This document shows positions 24,321-36,533 of a stretch of 64,000 bases of DNA, in pieces. Each line of letters opens with the position of its first letter. The stretch's first letter is position 1. A model generated the notes under the pieces. That model saw only the letters and a program-made list of their open reading frames with translations, searched no databases and was not told where the DNA came from. The translations under genes and the position numbers were made by a program. The DNA is from Gaiellaceae bacterium (GTDB lineage: Bacteria > Actinomycetota > Thermoleophilia > Gaiellales > Gaiellaceae): NCBI GenBank assembly GCA_036000665.1, contig DASYUZ010000112.1, forward strand, positions 19,442 to 83,441, in the 5' to 3' direction.

Positions 24321-26744
24321 ATGGACAGGTACGACCCACACACAATCGAGCCGAAGTGGCAGGAGGTCTGGGAGCGTGAGCGCGCGTTCGAGGTCTCGAA
24401 CGAGCCATCGCCCTCGAAGTCGTACGTCCTCGAGCAGCTTCCCTATCCGTCGGGCTCGCTGCACATGGGGCACGTGCTCGTCTACACGATCGGCGACGTC
24501 GTCGCGCACTTCCGGCGGCGGGTCGGGATGCACGTGCTGCACCCGCAGGGCTTCGACTCCTTCGGGCTCCCGGCGGAGAACGCCGCGATCAAGGAAGGCG
24601 GGCATCCGCGCGAGATCACCGAGCGGAACATCGAGAGCATCCGCCGCTCGATGCGCAGGATCGGCTGGGCGTACGACTGGTCGCGCATGATCTCGACGCA
24701 CGAGCCGGAGTACATGCGGTGGCAGCAATGGCTCTTCCTGAGGTTCTTCGAACGCGGCCTCGCATACCGGAAGGCTGCGCCGGTGAAGTGGTGCCCGAAC
24801 GACCAGACGGTGCTCGCGAACGAGCAGGTCCGTGACGGCCGCTGCGAGCGCTGCGGCTGGGAGGTCGAGATCCGGCTGATGGAGCAGTGGTTCTTCCGGA
24901 TCACCGACTACGCGCAGGAGCTCCTCGACGACCTGGACCGGGTCGACTATCCCGAGCCTCTCAAGGCCCGCCAGCGGAACTGGATCGGCCGCTCCGAAGG
25001 CGCGGAGATCGTGTTCCGGATCGAGGAGCTGAACATCGACGTGCCGGTCTTCACGACGCGACCCGACACGCTCTACGGCGCCACCTTCTTCGTGCTCGCC
25101 CCCGAGCATGAGCTCGTGGAGCAGATCGCAGAGCGCTCGCAGCACGGTGATGAGATCCGCGAATACGTGCGCCGGGCCGCCCTGAAGAAAGCCGAGGAGC
25201 GGGCAGCCGCAGAGGAGAAGACCGGCGTCTTCACGGGCATGCACGCGGTCAACCCGGTGAACGGCGAGCAGATTCCCGTCTACATCGCGGATTACGTCCT
25301 GACCGACTACGGGACCGGGGCGATCATGGCGGTGCCGGCGCATGACGAGCGCGACTTCGCGTTCGCGCAGGCGTTCGGACTGCCCGTGCGTCAGGTCGTC
25401 CGGCCCGTGGACGGCGAGGTCGACGAAGGCACTCCGTACGTCGAGCACACGGAAGGCGAGGTGCTCGTCAACTCGGACGGCTTCGACGGACTGCCGGCGA
25501 CTGAAGGCGGAAGGCGGATCGTCGAGGGCCTCGAGGCTGAACGGCGCGGCCGGTTCGCGATCAACTATCGCCTGCGCGACTGGGGCTTCTCGCGGCAGCG
25601 CTACTGGGGCTGCCCGATCCCGGTCGTCTACTGCGAGCGCGACGGGATCGTGCCCCTCCCGGACGAAGCGCTGCCGGTACTCCTACCGGACGTCGACGAC
25701 TACCGGCCCAAGGGCAAGCCACCGCTGGCGCAGGCCGAGGACTGGGTCAACGTCACGTGCCCGAAGTGCGGCGGCCCTGCGACGCGCGAGACCGAGACGA
25801 TGGACACCTTCGTCGACTCGTCGTGGTATTTCCTGCGCTACTGCGACCCGCACAACGATCGGGCGCCGTGGGACCGCGACGTCGTCGACTACTGGAACCC
25901 CGTCGATCTGTACATCGGCGGCTCGGACCACGCGACGATGCACATGATCTACGCGCGTTTCTTCGTCAAGGTGCTGAACGACCTGGCGCTCGTCGGCTTC
26001 CGCGAGCCGTTCGCGAAGTTCTTCACGAACGGGTGGGTGACGCTCGGGAAGACGAAGATGTCGAAGCGCGCAGGGAACGTCGTCGGCCCGGACGACTTCG
26101 TCGAGCAGTACGGGGCGGATTCCGTCCGCCTCTACATCCTCTTCATCGGTCCTGCCGACCAGGACCTGGAGTGGACCGAGGAGGGGATCGAGGGCATGTC
26201 GCGCTTCGTGCGGCGACTCTGGAGGATCGTCAACGAGGTCGCCGCAGGCGCGCCGCAAGGAGTCGAGGAGACCGGTGCGCTGACGCGGAAAGCGCACGCG
26301 GCGATCGCGAAGGCGACCGACGACATCGGCCGCCGGTTCGCGTTCAACACCGCGATCTCAGCGGTGATGGAGCTCGTGAACGAGCTCTCGCGCGAGCCGG
26401 ATGCTCCCGACGCGCGCTTCGCGGCGGAGACGGCCGTGTCGCTGATCCAGCCGTACGCGCCGCACATCGCCGAGGAGCTGTGGTCGAGGCTCGGCCACGA
26501 GCGGCTGTGGGAGCGGCCATGGCCGGTCGCCGACGAGTCGCTGCTCGCGCGCGAGACGTTCGAGCTCGTGGTGCAGGTGAACGGGAAGGTGCGCGACCGC
26601 CTCGAGGTGGCGGCGGACGCGTCGGAGGAGGAGCTCGTCGCCGCCGCGACTGCGTCGCCGCGCGTGCAGACGTACCTGGACGGCGGAAAGATCCGACAGA
26701 CGATCGTCGTGCCGCGCAAGCTCGTCAATCTCGTCGTCGGATAA
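24321..26744 (+). CDS. leuS: Leucine--tRNA ligase
   Basis: GGAGA SD precedes ATG 24321. HMGH and KMSKR class-I signatures are present. The TTG 24303 start in the ORF track lies inside the terminator T-tract and is rejected. Confidence 0.95.
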   Translation: MDRYDPHTIEPKWQEVWERERAFEVSNEPSPSKSYVLEQLPYPSGSLHMGHVLVYTIGDVVAHFRRRVGMHVLHPQGFDSFGLPAENAAIKEGGHPREITERNIESIRRSMRRIGWAYDWSRMISTHEPEYMRWQQWLFLRFFERGLAYRKAAPVKWCPNDQTVLANEQVRDGRCERCGWEVEIRLMEQWFFRITDYAQELLDDLDRVDYPEPLKARQRNWIGRSEGAEIVFRIEELNIDVPVFTTRPDTLYGATFFVLAPEHELVEQIAERSQHGDEIREYVRRAALKKAEERAAAEEKTGVFTGMHAVNPVNGEQIPVYIADYVLTDYGTGAIMAVPAHDERDFAFAQAFGLPVRQVVRPVDGEVDEGTPYVEHTEGEVLVNSDGFDGLPATEGGRRIVEGLEAERRGRFAINYRLRDWGFSRQRYWGCPIPVVYCERDGIVPLPDEALPVLLPDVDDYRPKGKPPLAQAEDWVNVTCPKCGGPATRETETMDTFVDSSWYFLRYCDPHNDRAPWDRDVVDYWNPVDLYIGGSDHATMHMIYARFFVKVLNDLALVGFREPFAKFFTNGWVTLGKTKMSKRAGNVVGPDDFVEQYGADSVRLYILFIGPADQDLEWTEEGIEGMSRFVRRLWRIVNEVAAGAPQGVEETGALTRKAHAAIAKATDDIGRRFAFNTAISAVMELVNELSREPDAPDARFAAETAVSLIQPYAPHIAEELWSRLGHERLWERPWPVADESLLARETFELVVQVNGKVRDRLEVAADASEEELVAAATASPRVQTYLDGGKIRQTIVVPRKLVNLVVG

Positions 26745-26767
26745 CTGACACGCATTCGGCACGAAGT

Positions 26768-26792
26768 CGTCACACACGTGTGACGGTTTCTC
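26768..26792 (+). terminator. Hairpin after leuS (possible terminator or operator palindrome)
   Basis: CGTCACAC-AC-GTGTGACG followed by GTTTCTC. Confidence 0.5.
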
Positions 26793-26807
26793 AGCAACGC
26801 TGGGCGA

Positions 26808-27395
26808 ATGCCCGAGCTCCCCGTCTCGCGCGGTCGTGCGCTTGCGATCATCGCGTGCGCCGCCGTTGCCCTCGTCGTCGCAGGCAAGCTGCTCGTTCCC
26901 GCAGGCGCGGCAAGCGACGGCGGAACGCCGGCTCGCCCACCCACGGCACTGCGCGCGCGGTCGGCGCCGCCGCTCGTCGTGCACGTTGTGGGCGCGGTGC
27001 GGACACCGGGGCTCTACAAGCTCCCTCGCGGCTCTCGCGACGCGGACGCGGTCGCGAAAGCGGGTGGGCCGACGGCGAAAGCCGACCTCACCCTCCTCAA
27101 CCTCGCAGCGCGGCTCTCCGACGGACAGCAGGTCGTCGTGCCCGAGCGTACGCCTTCCGTTTCGGCGGCGAGCGGGGCCGGAGGCGCCGCTCCCGACGCG
27201 GCCGGACCGGTACATCTGAACTCCGCGACCGTGGAACAGCTCGACGAGCTTCCCGGCGTCGGGCCGGTGACGGCGCAGAAGATCGTCGACTACCGCCAGT
27301 CGCACGGAGCGTTCAGCTCGGTTGACGATCTCGACGAGATCGCCGGGATCGGGCCGGCCCGCCTCGAGCAGCTGCGCGAGCTGGTGGCGCCGTGA
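26808..27395 (+). CDS. comEA: ComEA-family DNA-binding competence protein (helix-hairpin-helix)
   Basis: N-terminal TM segment, SLBB-like middle region and a C-terminal HhH pair (LDELPGVGPVTAQKIVDYR..LDEIAGIGPARLEQL). Confidence 0.85.
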   Translation: MPELPVSRGRALAIIACAAVALVVAGKLLVPAGAASDGGTPARPPTALRARSAPPLVVHVVGAVRTPGLYKLPRGSRDADAVAKAGGPTAKADLTLLNLAARLSDGQQVVVPERTPSVSAASGAGGAAPDAAGPVHLNSATVEQLDELPGVGPVTAQKIVDYRQSHGAFSSVDDLDEIAGIGPARLEQLRELVAP

Positions 27396-29656
27396 ACCGG
27401 CTGCCGCTTCCACACCTCCTCCTGAGCGCGCTCTGCGGCGGGCTCGCTGCGGCGAACGTGCTCCGCGCGCCGCCGTTCGTCGTGTCAGCCGCCGTCCTCG
27501 CCCTACTCGGAATCCTCACCGCTCGGCCGGGTTTACGCGTCGTGGGCTGCACGGTCGGGCTCGCACTCGCCGGTTGGTGGCTCGGCAGCGCGCGCCTCGA
27601 CGCGCTTGACCGGAGCGTGCTCTTGCCGCTCGTCGGCAGGACGGAGCGTGCCGTCCTCGTCTCGACGGCGCCCGCGCGCGTGAGCGAGTACTCCGTGCGC
27701 GTTCCGGGGCGGCTCGAACGCTTTGGCGGGCACGAGCTGCGCGAGGCGGTGCTGCTCGAGCTGCCGCGCGGTCGCGCGCCTCCGCAGGGGGCGCGCCTCG
27801 CGGTTCGCGCGAAGGTGCGTCTCCCACGACAATCGAACAGCGGCTTCGACGAGCGAGCCTGGCTCCAGCGGAAGGGCGTCCACGTCGTCCTGCGCGCTCG
27901 GAGCTACCGCGTCGTCGGCCGGCGAGGCGGGCTCAGCGGCGTCGCGGACGCGATTCACGCACGGCTGGCGCGCACGGTCGCGACCGGGCTGCACGGCGAG
28001 CGCCGCGGGGTGATCCAGGGGATCGTGCTCGGCGAGGACGAGGGTCTCATGCCTTCTCTTCGAGACGCGTTCCGGGCCTCGGGGCTGTATCACCTGCTCG
28101 CGGTCTCCGGATCGAACGTCGCGCTCGTGCTCGGCAGCGTGGCAATTCTGGCGTTGCTCGTCAGCGGCTCGCGCCTCGTCGCTGAGATCGCCGCACTCGG
28201 CGCGCTGGCGGGCTACGTGCTCGCTGTCGGCTGGCAGCCGTCCGTCGTCCGCGCCGGAGTCGCCGGAGGTCTCGCGTCGCTCGCGTGGCTTTGCGCGCGA
28301 GAGCGAGACCGCTGGTGGTTCTTCCTCGCGGGCGCGCTCGTCCTGCTGGCGTGGAACCCGTACACGGTGCGTGAGCCAGGCTTCCAACTCTCGTTCGCCG
28401 CCGTCGCCGCGATCTTCCTCGCGGTCCCGCGCCTCCAGCGTGCGCTCGAGGGCTACCCGATGCCGAACACGCTTCGCGGCGCCGTTGCGATTTCGACGGC
28501 GTGCGGCGTCGCGACCGCGCCGATCGCGCTTGCGCAGTTCGGCGAGGTTCCCCTGTACTCGGTCCCCGCGAACGCGCTCGGGGCACCCGCAGCGGGGCCG
28601 ATCCTGGGCCTGGCACTCATCGGGGCCGCCCTCGAGCCGATGGCGCCCGGCGCCGCCACGATCGTGGCGTGGCTGAACGGCTGGCTCGCCGCCTACCTCG
28701 CGTACTGCGCGCGGCTGTTCGCCCGGCTGCCCTTTGCGGTGGTCTCGGTCCGGGAACTGGCGGTGCTCCTCGTGCTCGGCGCGACGGCTGTCCTCTGTTC
28801 GCGGCTCTGCGCTCCACGCGGCTTCCGTCTGATCGCAGTCGGCTCGCTGCTCGCGCTCGTCGGCGTCGGCTGGACGCTGGCGCGAGAACCGCCGGTTGCG
28901 CCGACGCCGAACGGTCTGCGAATCACCTTCCTCGACGTGGGTCAGGGGGACGGCTGCCTGCTCGAGGCCCCGGGCGTGCGCATCCTCGTCGACGAAGGGC
29001 CGCCCGAGGCACGGGTGGCCGACCAGCTCCGCCGCCTCGGCGTCCGCTGGCTCACCGCTGTCGTGCTGACCCATCCGCAGCGCGACCACGTCGGCGGAGC
29101 GGCCGATGTCCTGCGGCACGAACGCGTCGGGTTCGTGCTCGACCCGCGCATCCCCTTCGAGAGCAGTTACGAGCGCGGCGCGCTCGAGGAGGCCCGCGCG
29201 CACCGCGTCCCGGTCGTGCTCGCGCGCGCCGGTGCCGCGTACGGGTTCGGGCAACTTCGACTGACCGTGCTCTGGCCGGACGGACCCGGCCCGCCTGGTG
29301 AGGACCCGAACCAGCACGCCGTCGTGCTGCTCGTCTCGTACGGCGAGGTGGACGCGCTGCTCACGGCGGACGCGGAGTCCGACGTCACGCTGCCGCTCGC
29401 GCCGCCGCCGGTCGAGATCCTGAAGGTCGGCCACCACGGTTCTGCCGACGACGGACTACCCGAGTTGCTCGAGCAGACGCGGCCGAAGGTCGCGGTCATC
29501 TCGGTCGGGCTCGGGAACGACTACGGCCATCCGGCGCCGTCTACGCTCAACGCGTTGCGCGCAGCGCCGGACCTCGCGCTCTACCGCACCGACGTCAACG
29601 GCCGCGTCGTCGTCGAGTCCGACGGGAGCGAGCTGCGAGTCCGGGAGGAGCGGTGA
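27392..29656 (+). CDS. comEC: DNA internalization competence protein ComEC/Rec2 with C-terminal metallo-beta-lactamase domain
   Basis: GTGA overlap. 754-aa polytopic protein with an MBL motif (THPQRDHVGG). Confidence 0.9.
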   Translation: MNRLPLPHLLLSALCGGLAAANVLRAPPFVVSAAVLALLGILTARPGLRVVGCTVGLALAGWWLGSARLDALDRSVLLPLVGRTERAVLVSTAPARVSEYSVRVPGRLERFGGHELREAVLLELPRGRAPPQGARLAVRAKVRLPRQSNSGFDERAWLQRKGVHVVLRARSYRVVGRRGGLSGVADAIHARLARTVATGLHGERRGVIQGIVLGEDEGLMPSLRDAFRASGLYHLLAVSGSNVALVLGSVAILALLVSGSRLVAEIAALGALAGYVLAVGWQPSVVRAGVAGGLASLAWLCARERDRWWFFLAGALVLLAWNPYTVREPGFQLSFAAVAAIFLAVPRLQRALEGYPMPNTLRGAVAISTACGVATAPIALAQFGEVPLYSVPANALGAPAAGPILGLALIGAALEPMAPGAATIVAWLNGWLAAYLAYCARLFARLPFAVVSVRELAVLLVLGATAVLCSRLCAPRGFRLIAVGSLLALVGVGWTLAREPPVAPTPNGLRITFLDVGQGDGCLLEAPGVRILVDEGPPEARVADQLRRLGVRWLTAVVLTHPQRDHVGGAADVLRHERVGFVLDPRIPFESSYERGALEEARAHRVPVVLARAGAAYGFGQLRLTVLWPDGPGPPGEDPNQHAVVLLVSYGEVDALLTADAESDVTLPLAPPPVEILKVGHHGSADDGLPELLEQTRPKVAVISVGLGNDYGHPAPSTLNALRAAPDLALYRTDVNGRVVVESDGSELRVREER

Positions 29657-29657
29657 G

Positions 29658-29663
29658 TATGCT
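29658..29663 (+). promoter_or_regulatory. -10-like TATGCT, 6 nt before the holA GTG
   Basis: TANNNT at the typical offset. The gene may also be read through from comEC. Confidence 0.3.
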
Positions 29664-29669
29664 CGGCGC

Positions 29670-30656
29670 GTGGCCGAGCTCAAGCCCGTCTATTTGCTCA
29701 CCGGCTCCGACCGGCCGAAGGTCGAGCGCGCGCTGCAGCGCCTTCGAGACCACTTCGACCCCGACGCCGTCGAGCTGCTGTCGGCGCAGGACACGAGCGG
29801 CCCCGACGCGTGCGCCGCCTGCAACGCGATGGGCCTCTTTGGAGGAGAGCGACTCGTCGTCGTCGCCGAGGTCGAGCGCTGGAAGGCGCCCGATGCAAAG
29901 GCGGTCGCCACATACCTCGCCGATCCGGCTCCGACGGCGGTGCTCGCACTCATCGCGGGCGAGCTTCGCAAGGACGCCGCGATCGCGAAGACCGTCGCGA
30001 AGGCGGGGGAAGTGCTCGTCTACGACGTCGACCGCAAGAAGATCATCGACTGGGTCGCGCAGCAGTTCGCCGGGCTCGGCACGAAGGTCGACCGTGAGTT
30101 CTGCCGCTCGCTCGTCGAGGCGGTCGTCCCGGAGGGCCAGGACCCGGACCTTCACCACCTCGCGAACGAGGTCGCGAAGCTCGTCACCTGGTCGGGCGGC
30201 GAACCGATTGAATGGGCGAGCGTCCGCGAGCTCGTCGTGCCGTTCGGCGAGATCCCGAGCTTCGCCCTGACAGACGCGTGGGGCGGCCGCGATCTTGCCG
30301 CCGCGCTCAGCGCCGTCGAGGCGAGCTTCGAGCGCGAGTCCTCGCCGCGGCGCGACGTCGCGCCCCGCCTGCTCTTCGCGCTTGCCCGCCACCTCGGCCG
30401 GCTGGAGGAATGCCGCGCGCTGATCGCGGACGGCCACTCGACGCAGGAGATCGCCTCGCGCCTCAAGCGCCACCCGTACTACGTGCAGAAGCTCGTGCGC
30501 CAGGCCGAGAACTTCGGCGAGGAGGAGCTGCGCGACGCGGTCGTTCGGCTGGCCGAACTCGACCACGCGCTCAAGGGCGGCTCGCGCCTCTCGGGCGACC
30601 TGGAGCTTGAACGCGCGCTCGTCGAGCTCGCACCCGACGGCAAGAGGGCCGCCTAG
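29670..30656 (+). CDS. holA: DNA polymerase III delta subunit
   Basis: 328-aa ORF with N-terminus PVYLLTGSD. It sits in the conserved position after comEC and before rpsT. Confidence 0.8.
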   Translation: MAELKPVYLLTGSDRPKVERALQRLRDHFDPDAVELLSAQDTSGPDACAACNAMGLFGGERLVVVAEVERWKAPDAKAVATYLADPAPTAVLALIAGELRKDAAIAKTVAKAGEVLVYDVDRKKIIDWVAQQFAGLGTKVDREFCRSLVEAVVPEGQDPDLHHLANEVAKLVTWSGGEPIEWASVRELVVPFGEIPSFALTDAWGGRDLAAALSAVEASFERESSPRRDVAPRLLFALARHLGRLEECRALIADGHSTQEIASRLKRHPYYVQKLVRQAENFGEEELRDAVVRLAELDHALKGGSRLSGDLELERALVELAPDGKRAA

Positions 30657-30913
30657 CTGCGGGCGATGATCCGCGCCGCCTGCGCCTTCTTGCGCGCGGC
30701 CGCGTTCTTGTGCATTGCGCCGCGGGCGGCGGCACGGTCGATCAGGCGCACGAGCTCACGATGCTCGGCCGAGACCTCGTCCTTCTTGCCGCCCTCCGCC
30801 GCGCGCTCGAGCCGCTTCGTCAGCGTCTTGATCGTCGAGCGGTAGCGCAGGTTCTCGAGCCGCTGGCGGGCGGCGAGCCGGACGCGCTTCTCTTGCTGCT
30901 TGATGTTCGGCAT
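30653..30913 (-). CDS. rpsT: 30S ribosomal protein S20
   Basis: 86-aa product starting MPNIKQQEKRVRLAARQRLENLRYRS. ATG 30913 is chosen inside the longer ORF. Confidence 0.93.
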   Translation of the reverse strand: MPNIKQQEKRVRLAARQRLENLRYRSTIKTLTKRLERAAEGGKKDEVSAEHRELVRLIDRAAARGAMHKNAAARKKAQAARIIARS

Positions 30914-30986
30914 CTCGTGAAAAGGCCCGCAGCTCGCGGGCGGCGGAATGGTAGCAGCGTGCGGCAAGATGCGCCGGAGCCGCTCG

Positions 30987-30992
30987 TATACT
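30987..30992 (+). promoter_or_regulatory. -10-like TATACT, 7 nt before the murJ GTG (predicted leaderless)
   Basis: TANNNT with no SD. Confidence 0.45.
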
Positions 30993-30999
30993 CGCCGCC

Positions 31000-32568
31000 G
31001 TGGAAGAGCGCGGCCGCGGCCGGCGATTGGCGTGGTCGACGGCGATGTTCTCGCTCGCCACGGGCCTCTCCCGGATCCTCGGGCTCGTCCGCGAGATCTT
31101 CGCCGCCTACTACTTCGGCGTCGCGGGGAAGATCAACGCGTTCACCGTCGCGTTCCAGGTCCCGAACCTGGTCCGTGCCCTGGCGGCAGACGCCGCACTG
31201 TCGTCGGCGCTCGTCCCCGTCTTCAGCGAGCTCATGGAGAACGGCGAACGCCGCCGCGCCTGGCGCGTCGCGTCGACCCTGTTCTGGCTGACGCTGCTCG
31301 GCCTCGGCGGTCTCACGGCGCTCTTGATGCTCACCGCACCGCTCCTGCTGCGGCCATTCCATCCCGTCGATCTCGACCTCGCGGTCGGCCTGTCGCGCGT
31401 GCTCTTCCCAATCGTCACGCTGCTCGGCGTCTCGGGGATCGTGGTCGGGATCCTGAACAGCTACGAGCACTTCACGGTCCCCGCGCTGACGCCGGTGTTC
31501 TGGAACCTCGCGATCATCGCCGGCCTCGTGCTCGGCGTGCCGCGCGCAGACACGGTCGACGGAGAGCTCTATGTATACGCAGGCTCGATCCTGGTCGGAA
31601 CCGTGATCCAGGTTCTGCTGCCAATCCCGTGGTTCCGCGGCCTCGACGGCAGCCTGCGCGTCGCGATCGACTGGCGCGACCCCGCGGTCAAGCGCGTCCT
31701 GACACTGATGGTCCCGGTGACGCTCGGAATCGGGCTGATCAACTTCAACGCGGTCATCGACACGCTGATCGCCTCGCGGCTCGTCGACCGCGATCTCGCG
31801 CCTGCCGCGATCGACAAGGCGTTCCGGCTCTACATGCTTCCCCAGGGGATGTTCTCTGTCGCGGTCGCAACCGTCCTCTTCCCGGCGCTCTCGCGGCTCG
31901 CGGCGCGGGCGGACGTCGACGGCTTCCGGCGCACCGTCGCGTTCGGGCTGCGGCAGATCGCGTTCCTCCTCGTCCCGGCAAGCGTCGTCTGCGCGGTGCT
32001 CGCAGAGCCAATCGTTCGCCTCGTCTTCCAGCGTGGCAGCTTCGCGCCGAGCCAGACGCCGGTCGTCGCCGGCGCACTCGCAGCATTCGCAGCCGGCCTG
32101 ACGTTCAACGGCGCGATGCTGATGCTGAACCGCGGGTTCTTCGGCTTGCAGCTGCCGTGGATCCCGACCTCGGTCGCCCTCGCCAACCTCGCGCTGAACG
32201 TCATCCTCGACCTCGTCTTCTACCGGCTCGGCGTGTGGGGAATTCCGCTCGCGACCTCCGTGGTGAACATCGCAGGCACCGCCCTCCTCTTGGTCCTGAT
32301 GCGCCGGCGGCTCGGCGGGATCGAGCTCGCGGCGACGGTTCGCGCGTTCGGCCTGATCACGCTCGCTTCGGCGGCGCTCGGTGCCGCCGCGTATGGAGTC
32401 TGGTGGGCGCTCGACGACGCCCTCGGCCGCGGCCTCGCTGGGCAGCTGGTGTCCGTGCTTTCGGCCATCGCCGTGGGAGGCGCCGTCTACCTCGGCGCTT
32501 GCCGGCTCCTGGGGGTGCGCGAGATCGAGGCGCTACTCTCGTTGCGGGGCCGCTTCAGGCCGGCATGA
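31000..32568 (+). CDS. murJ: Lipid II flippase MurJ/MviN
   Basis: 522-aa polytopic protein with N-terminus [21 protein letters not shown]. Confidence 0.85.
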   Translation: MEERGRGRRLAWSTAMFSLATGLSRILGLVREIFAAYYFGVAGKINAFTVAFQVPNLVRALAADAALSSALVPVFSELMENGERRRAWRVASTLFWLTLLGLGGLTALLMLTAPLLLRPFHPVDLDLAVGLSRVLFPIVTLLGVSGIVVGILNSYEHFTVPALTPVFWNLAIIAGLVLGVPRADTVDGELYVYAGSILVGTVIQVLLPIPWFRGLDGSLRVAIDWRDPAVKRVLTLMVPVTLGIGLINFNAVIDTLIASRLVDRDLAPAAIDKAFRLYMLPQGMFSVAVATVLFPALSRLAARADVDGFRRTVAFGLRQIAFLLVPASVVCAVLAEPIVRLVFQRGSFAPSQTPVVAGALAAFAAGLTFNGAMLMLNRGFFGLQLPWIPTSVALANLALNVILDLVFYRLGVWGIPLATSVVNIAGTALLLVLMRRRLGGIELAATVRAFGLITLASAALGAAAYGVWWALDDALGRGLAGQLVSVLSAIAVGGAVYLGACRLLGVREIEALLSLRGRFRPA

Positions 32569-32569
32569 C

Positions 32570-34356
<1,787 letters not shown>

Positions 34357-34360
<4 letters not shown>

Positions 34361-35469
34361 GCGGCGTTCGGCATCTCTATGTGCACGTGCCGTTCTGCGC
34401 GCACCGCTGCGGCTACTGCGACTTCGTCACGGTGGTGGGGCGAGAAGGTCAGCACGACTCGTACGTCGACGCGCTGCTCGCGGAACTCGAGCTCGAGCGC
34501 GGTCTGCTCGCCCCTCGCCTCGAGACGATCTTCCTCGGCGGCGGCACGCCGACGTTCATGGCGCCGCGAGCACTGGAGCGGCTGCTCGCCTCGCTCCCCG
34601 ACGCGGGCGAGGTGACCGTCGAGGCTAACCCCGAGACGGTCACGCCGGAGCTGGCCGAGCTTCTGTCACGAAATCGTGTCAATCGTGTGTCGCTGGGCGC
34701 ACAAAGCTTCCACATGCACCTTCTGGACGTGCTCGGACGCCGCGCCGGGCCCGGCGACGTCCGCCGCGCCGTGCACGTTCTCCGTGATGCTGGCTTCGAC
34801 GACCTCAATCTCGACCTCATCTACGGCATCCCGGGCCAGAGCCCCGCCGATCTCGAACGCGACCTCGCCGAGGCGCTGACGCTCGCGCCCGAGCACCTGT
34901 CCTGTTACGAGCTCGAAGCAAAGCCGGGAACGCGCTTCACGCACGCGCACGGTTCGGAGCTCGGGCGCCAAGCCGACGCGATGGAAAGCTACTTCGAACT
35001 CGTCGTCGAGCGGCTGACGGCCGCAGGCTACCGCTGGTACGAGACGGCAAACTTCTGCCGTGCGCCGGACGAGGCAGGTGGGCGCGACCTGCGCGCGCGC
35101 CACAACCTCGCGTACTGGGAGGGCCGGGACTACCTCGGGCTCGGGATCGGCGCCGTCTCGACCGTCGGCGGTCTCCGGTGGCGGAATGCGCCGAGGCTCG
35201 CGGGGTACCTCGAGGCTCTTGCGACCGGGAACGTTCCTGCGCGCGAGCACGAGCCGCTGGACGCCGGCGTGCGCCGCCGTGAGCGTGTGCTGCTCGGGCT
35301 GCGTCTCGACGAGCCGCTTGCCGTCGCGGGACTCGAGCCGGCGCTCGACGCGGACGCGCTGGCGCGGCTGGCGAGGCTTGGTCTTGTCGAGCGCGGAGCC
35401 GGCACGCTCAGGCTGACGAGGCGTGGCCGTTTCCTCGGCGGCGGCGTAACGGCGGACCTCCTCGCGTAA
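34357..35469 (+). CDS. hemW: Radical SAM heme chaperone HemW (HemN-like)
   Basis: GTGA overlap. [14 protein letters not shown] radical-SAM motif is present. Confidence 0.88.
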
Positions 35470-35472
35470 AAT
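35467..35472 (+). promoter_or_regulatory. -10-like TAAAAT, 8 nt before the hrcA ATG
   Basis: TANNNT overlapping the hemW TAA stop. Confidence 0.3.
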
Positions 35473-35480
35473 TCCTGCAA

Positions 35481-36512
35481 ATGGCGGCCCCCCACCTCAC
35501 CCAGCGCCAGCGCGACATCCTGCGCCAGGTCGTCGAGGAGTACGTCTCGACGGGTGAGCCCGTCGGCTCTAAGACGATCACCGAACGCGCGGTGCTCGGC
35601 GTCTCGCCTTCGACCGTCCGAGCCGAGCTCGCCGAGCTCGAGACGCTCGGGCTGCTCACGCATCCACACACGTCGGCCGGGCGCGTCCCTACCGAGGACG
35701 GCTACCGCTTCTATGCCGCCGCGCTCCTCCACGAGCTCGAGCCGCGTCCGTCCGCCCTTGGGCTGCATCTCGCCGTCCAGAACGAGGTCGAGTCGGCGCT
35801 GCAGGCGACCACCGAGATGCTCTCTGAGATGACGCGGCTGCTCGCGCTCGTCTCCGCGCCCCCGCTCGAGGCCGCGACCGTGCGCCACGTGGAGGTTCTG
35901 CTCTTGCAGCCGACCGTCGCGATGGTCGTCGTGATCACGTCGACCGGCGGGGTCTCGAAGCGGCTGTTCACGACAAGCGAGGCGCTCGACATCGGCCTCG
36001 TCAACTGGGCGGCGGAATACCTGAACGAGAGCGTGGGCGGGCTGCAGCTCGGCACTCACCTCCTCCGGCATCGCTTCGACGACCCATCCCTCCCCCAGCG
36101 AGAGCGCGCGTTCCTCGGGCTACTCCGCCCGGCGTTCACCGAGCTCGAACGCGAACAGCAACAGCTGTACGTGGGGGGTGCGGCCGGTCTGCTCGGGGAC
36201 GTACGCGAGGACGAGCTCGAAGCGTGCCGCCGCGCGCTTCAGGTTCTCGAGCGGCGGGCGGCCGCGCTCGAGCTGATCGGCCAGTCCCTGCACTCGACGC
36301 GACCGTTCGTGCGTGTCGGTGGCGAGCTGCCCGACCCCGCTCTCCACGACGTCGCACTCGTCGGGGCCGCGTACGGGCTGCGGAACCGCGCGCTGGGCTC
36401 GGTCTCGCTCCTGGGGCCGCTCCGCATGGACTACGAGAAGGCGATCCACTCGGTGCGCTCCGCGGCGTTCGAGCTCTCGCGCTTCGTAGAAGGGGTCTAC
36501 GAGGACAACTGA
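35481..36512 (+). CDS. hrcA: Heat-inducible transcription repressor HrcA
   Basis: 343-aa ORF with N-terminal winged helix LTQRQRDILRQVVEEYVSTGEPVGSKTI. Confidence 0.9.
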   Translation: MAAPHLTQRQRDILRQVVEEYVSTGEPVGSKTITERAVLGVSPSTVRAELAELETLGLLTHPHTSAGRVPTEDGYRFYAAALLHELEPRPSALGLHLAVQNEVESALQATTEMLSEMTRLLALVSAPPLEAATVRHVEVLLLQPTVAMVVVITSTGGVSKRLFTTSEALDIGLVNWAAEYLNESVGGLQLGTHLLRHRFDDPSLPQRERAFLGLLRPAFTELEREQQQLYVGGAAGLLGDVREDELEACRRALQVLERRAAALELIGQSLHSTRPFVRVGGELPDPALHDVALVGAAYGLRNRALGSVSLLGPLRMDYEKAIHSVRSAAFELSRFVEGVYEDN

Positions 36513-36521
36513 GCCCGGAGC

Positions 36522-36527
36522 TACGCT
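36522..36527 (+). promoter_or_regulatory. -10-like TACGCT, 6 nt before the dnaJ ATG
   Basis: TANNNT with no SD. Confidence 0.35.
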
Positions 36528-36533
36528 GAGCCG

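Noticed and set aside
35440-35480. CIRCE operator (TTAGCACTC-N9-GAGTGCTAA) upstream of hrcA-dnaJ.
   Set aside because: Only 11 nt separate hemW and hrcA, and no CIRCE-like inverted repeat is present here or before dnaJ.
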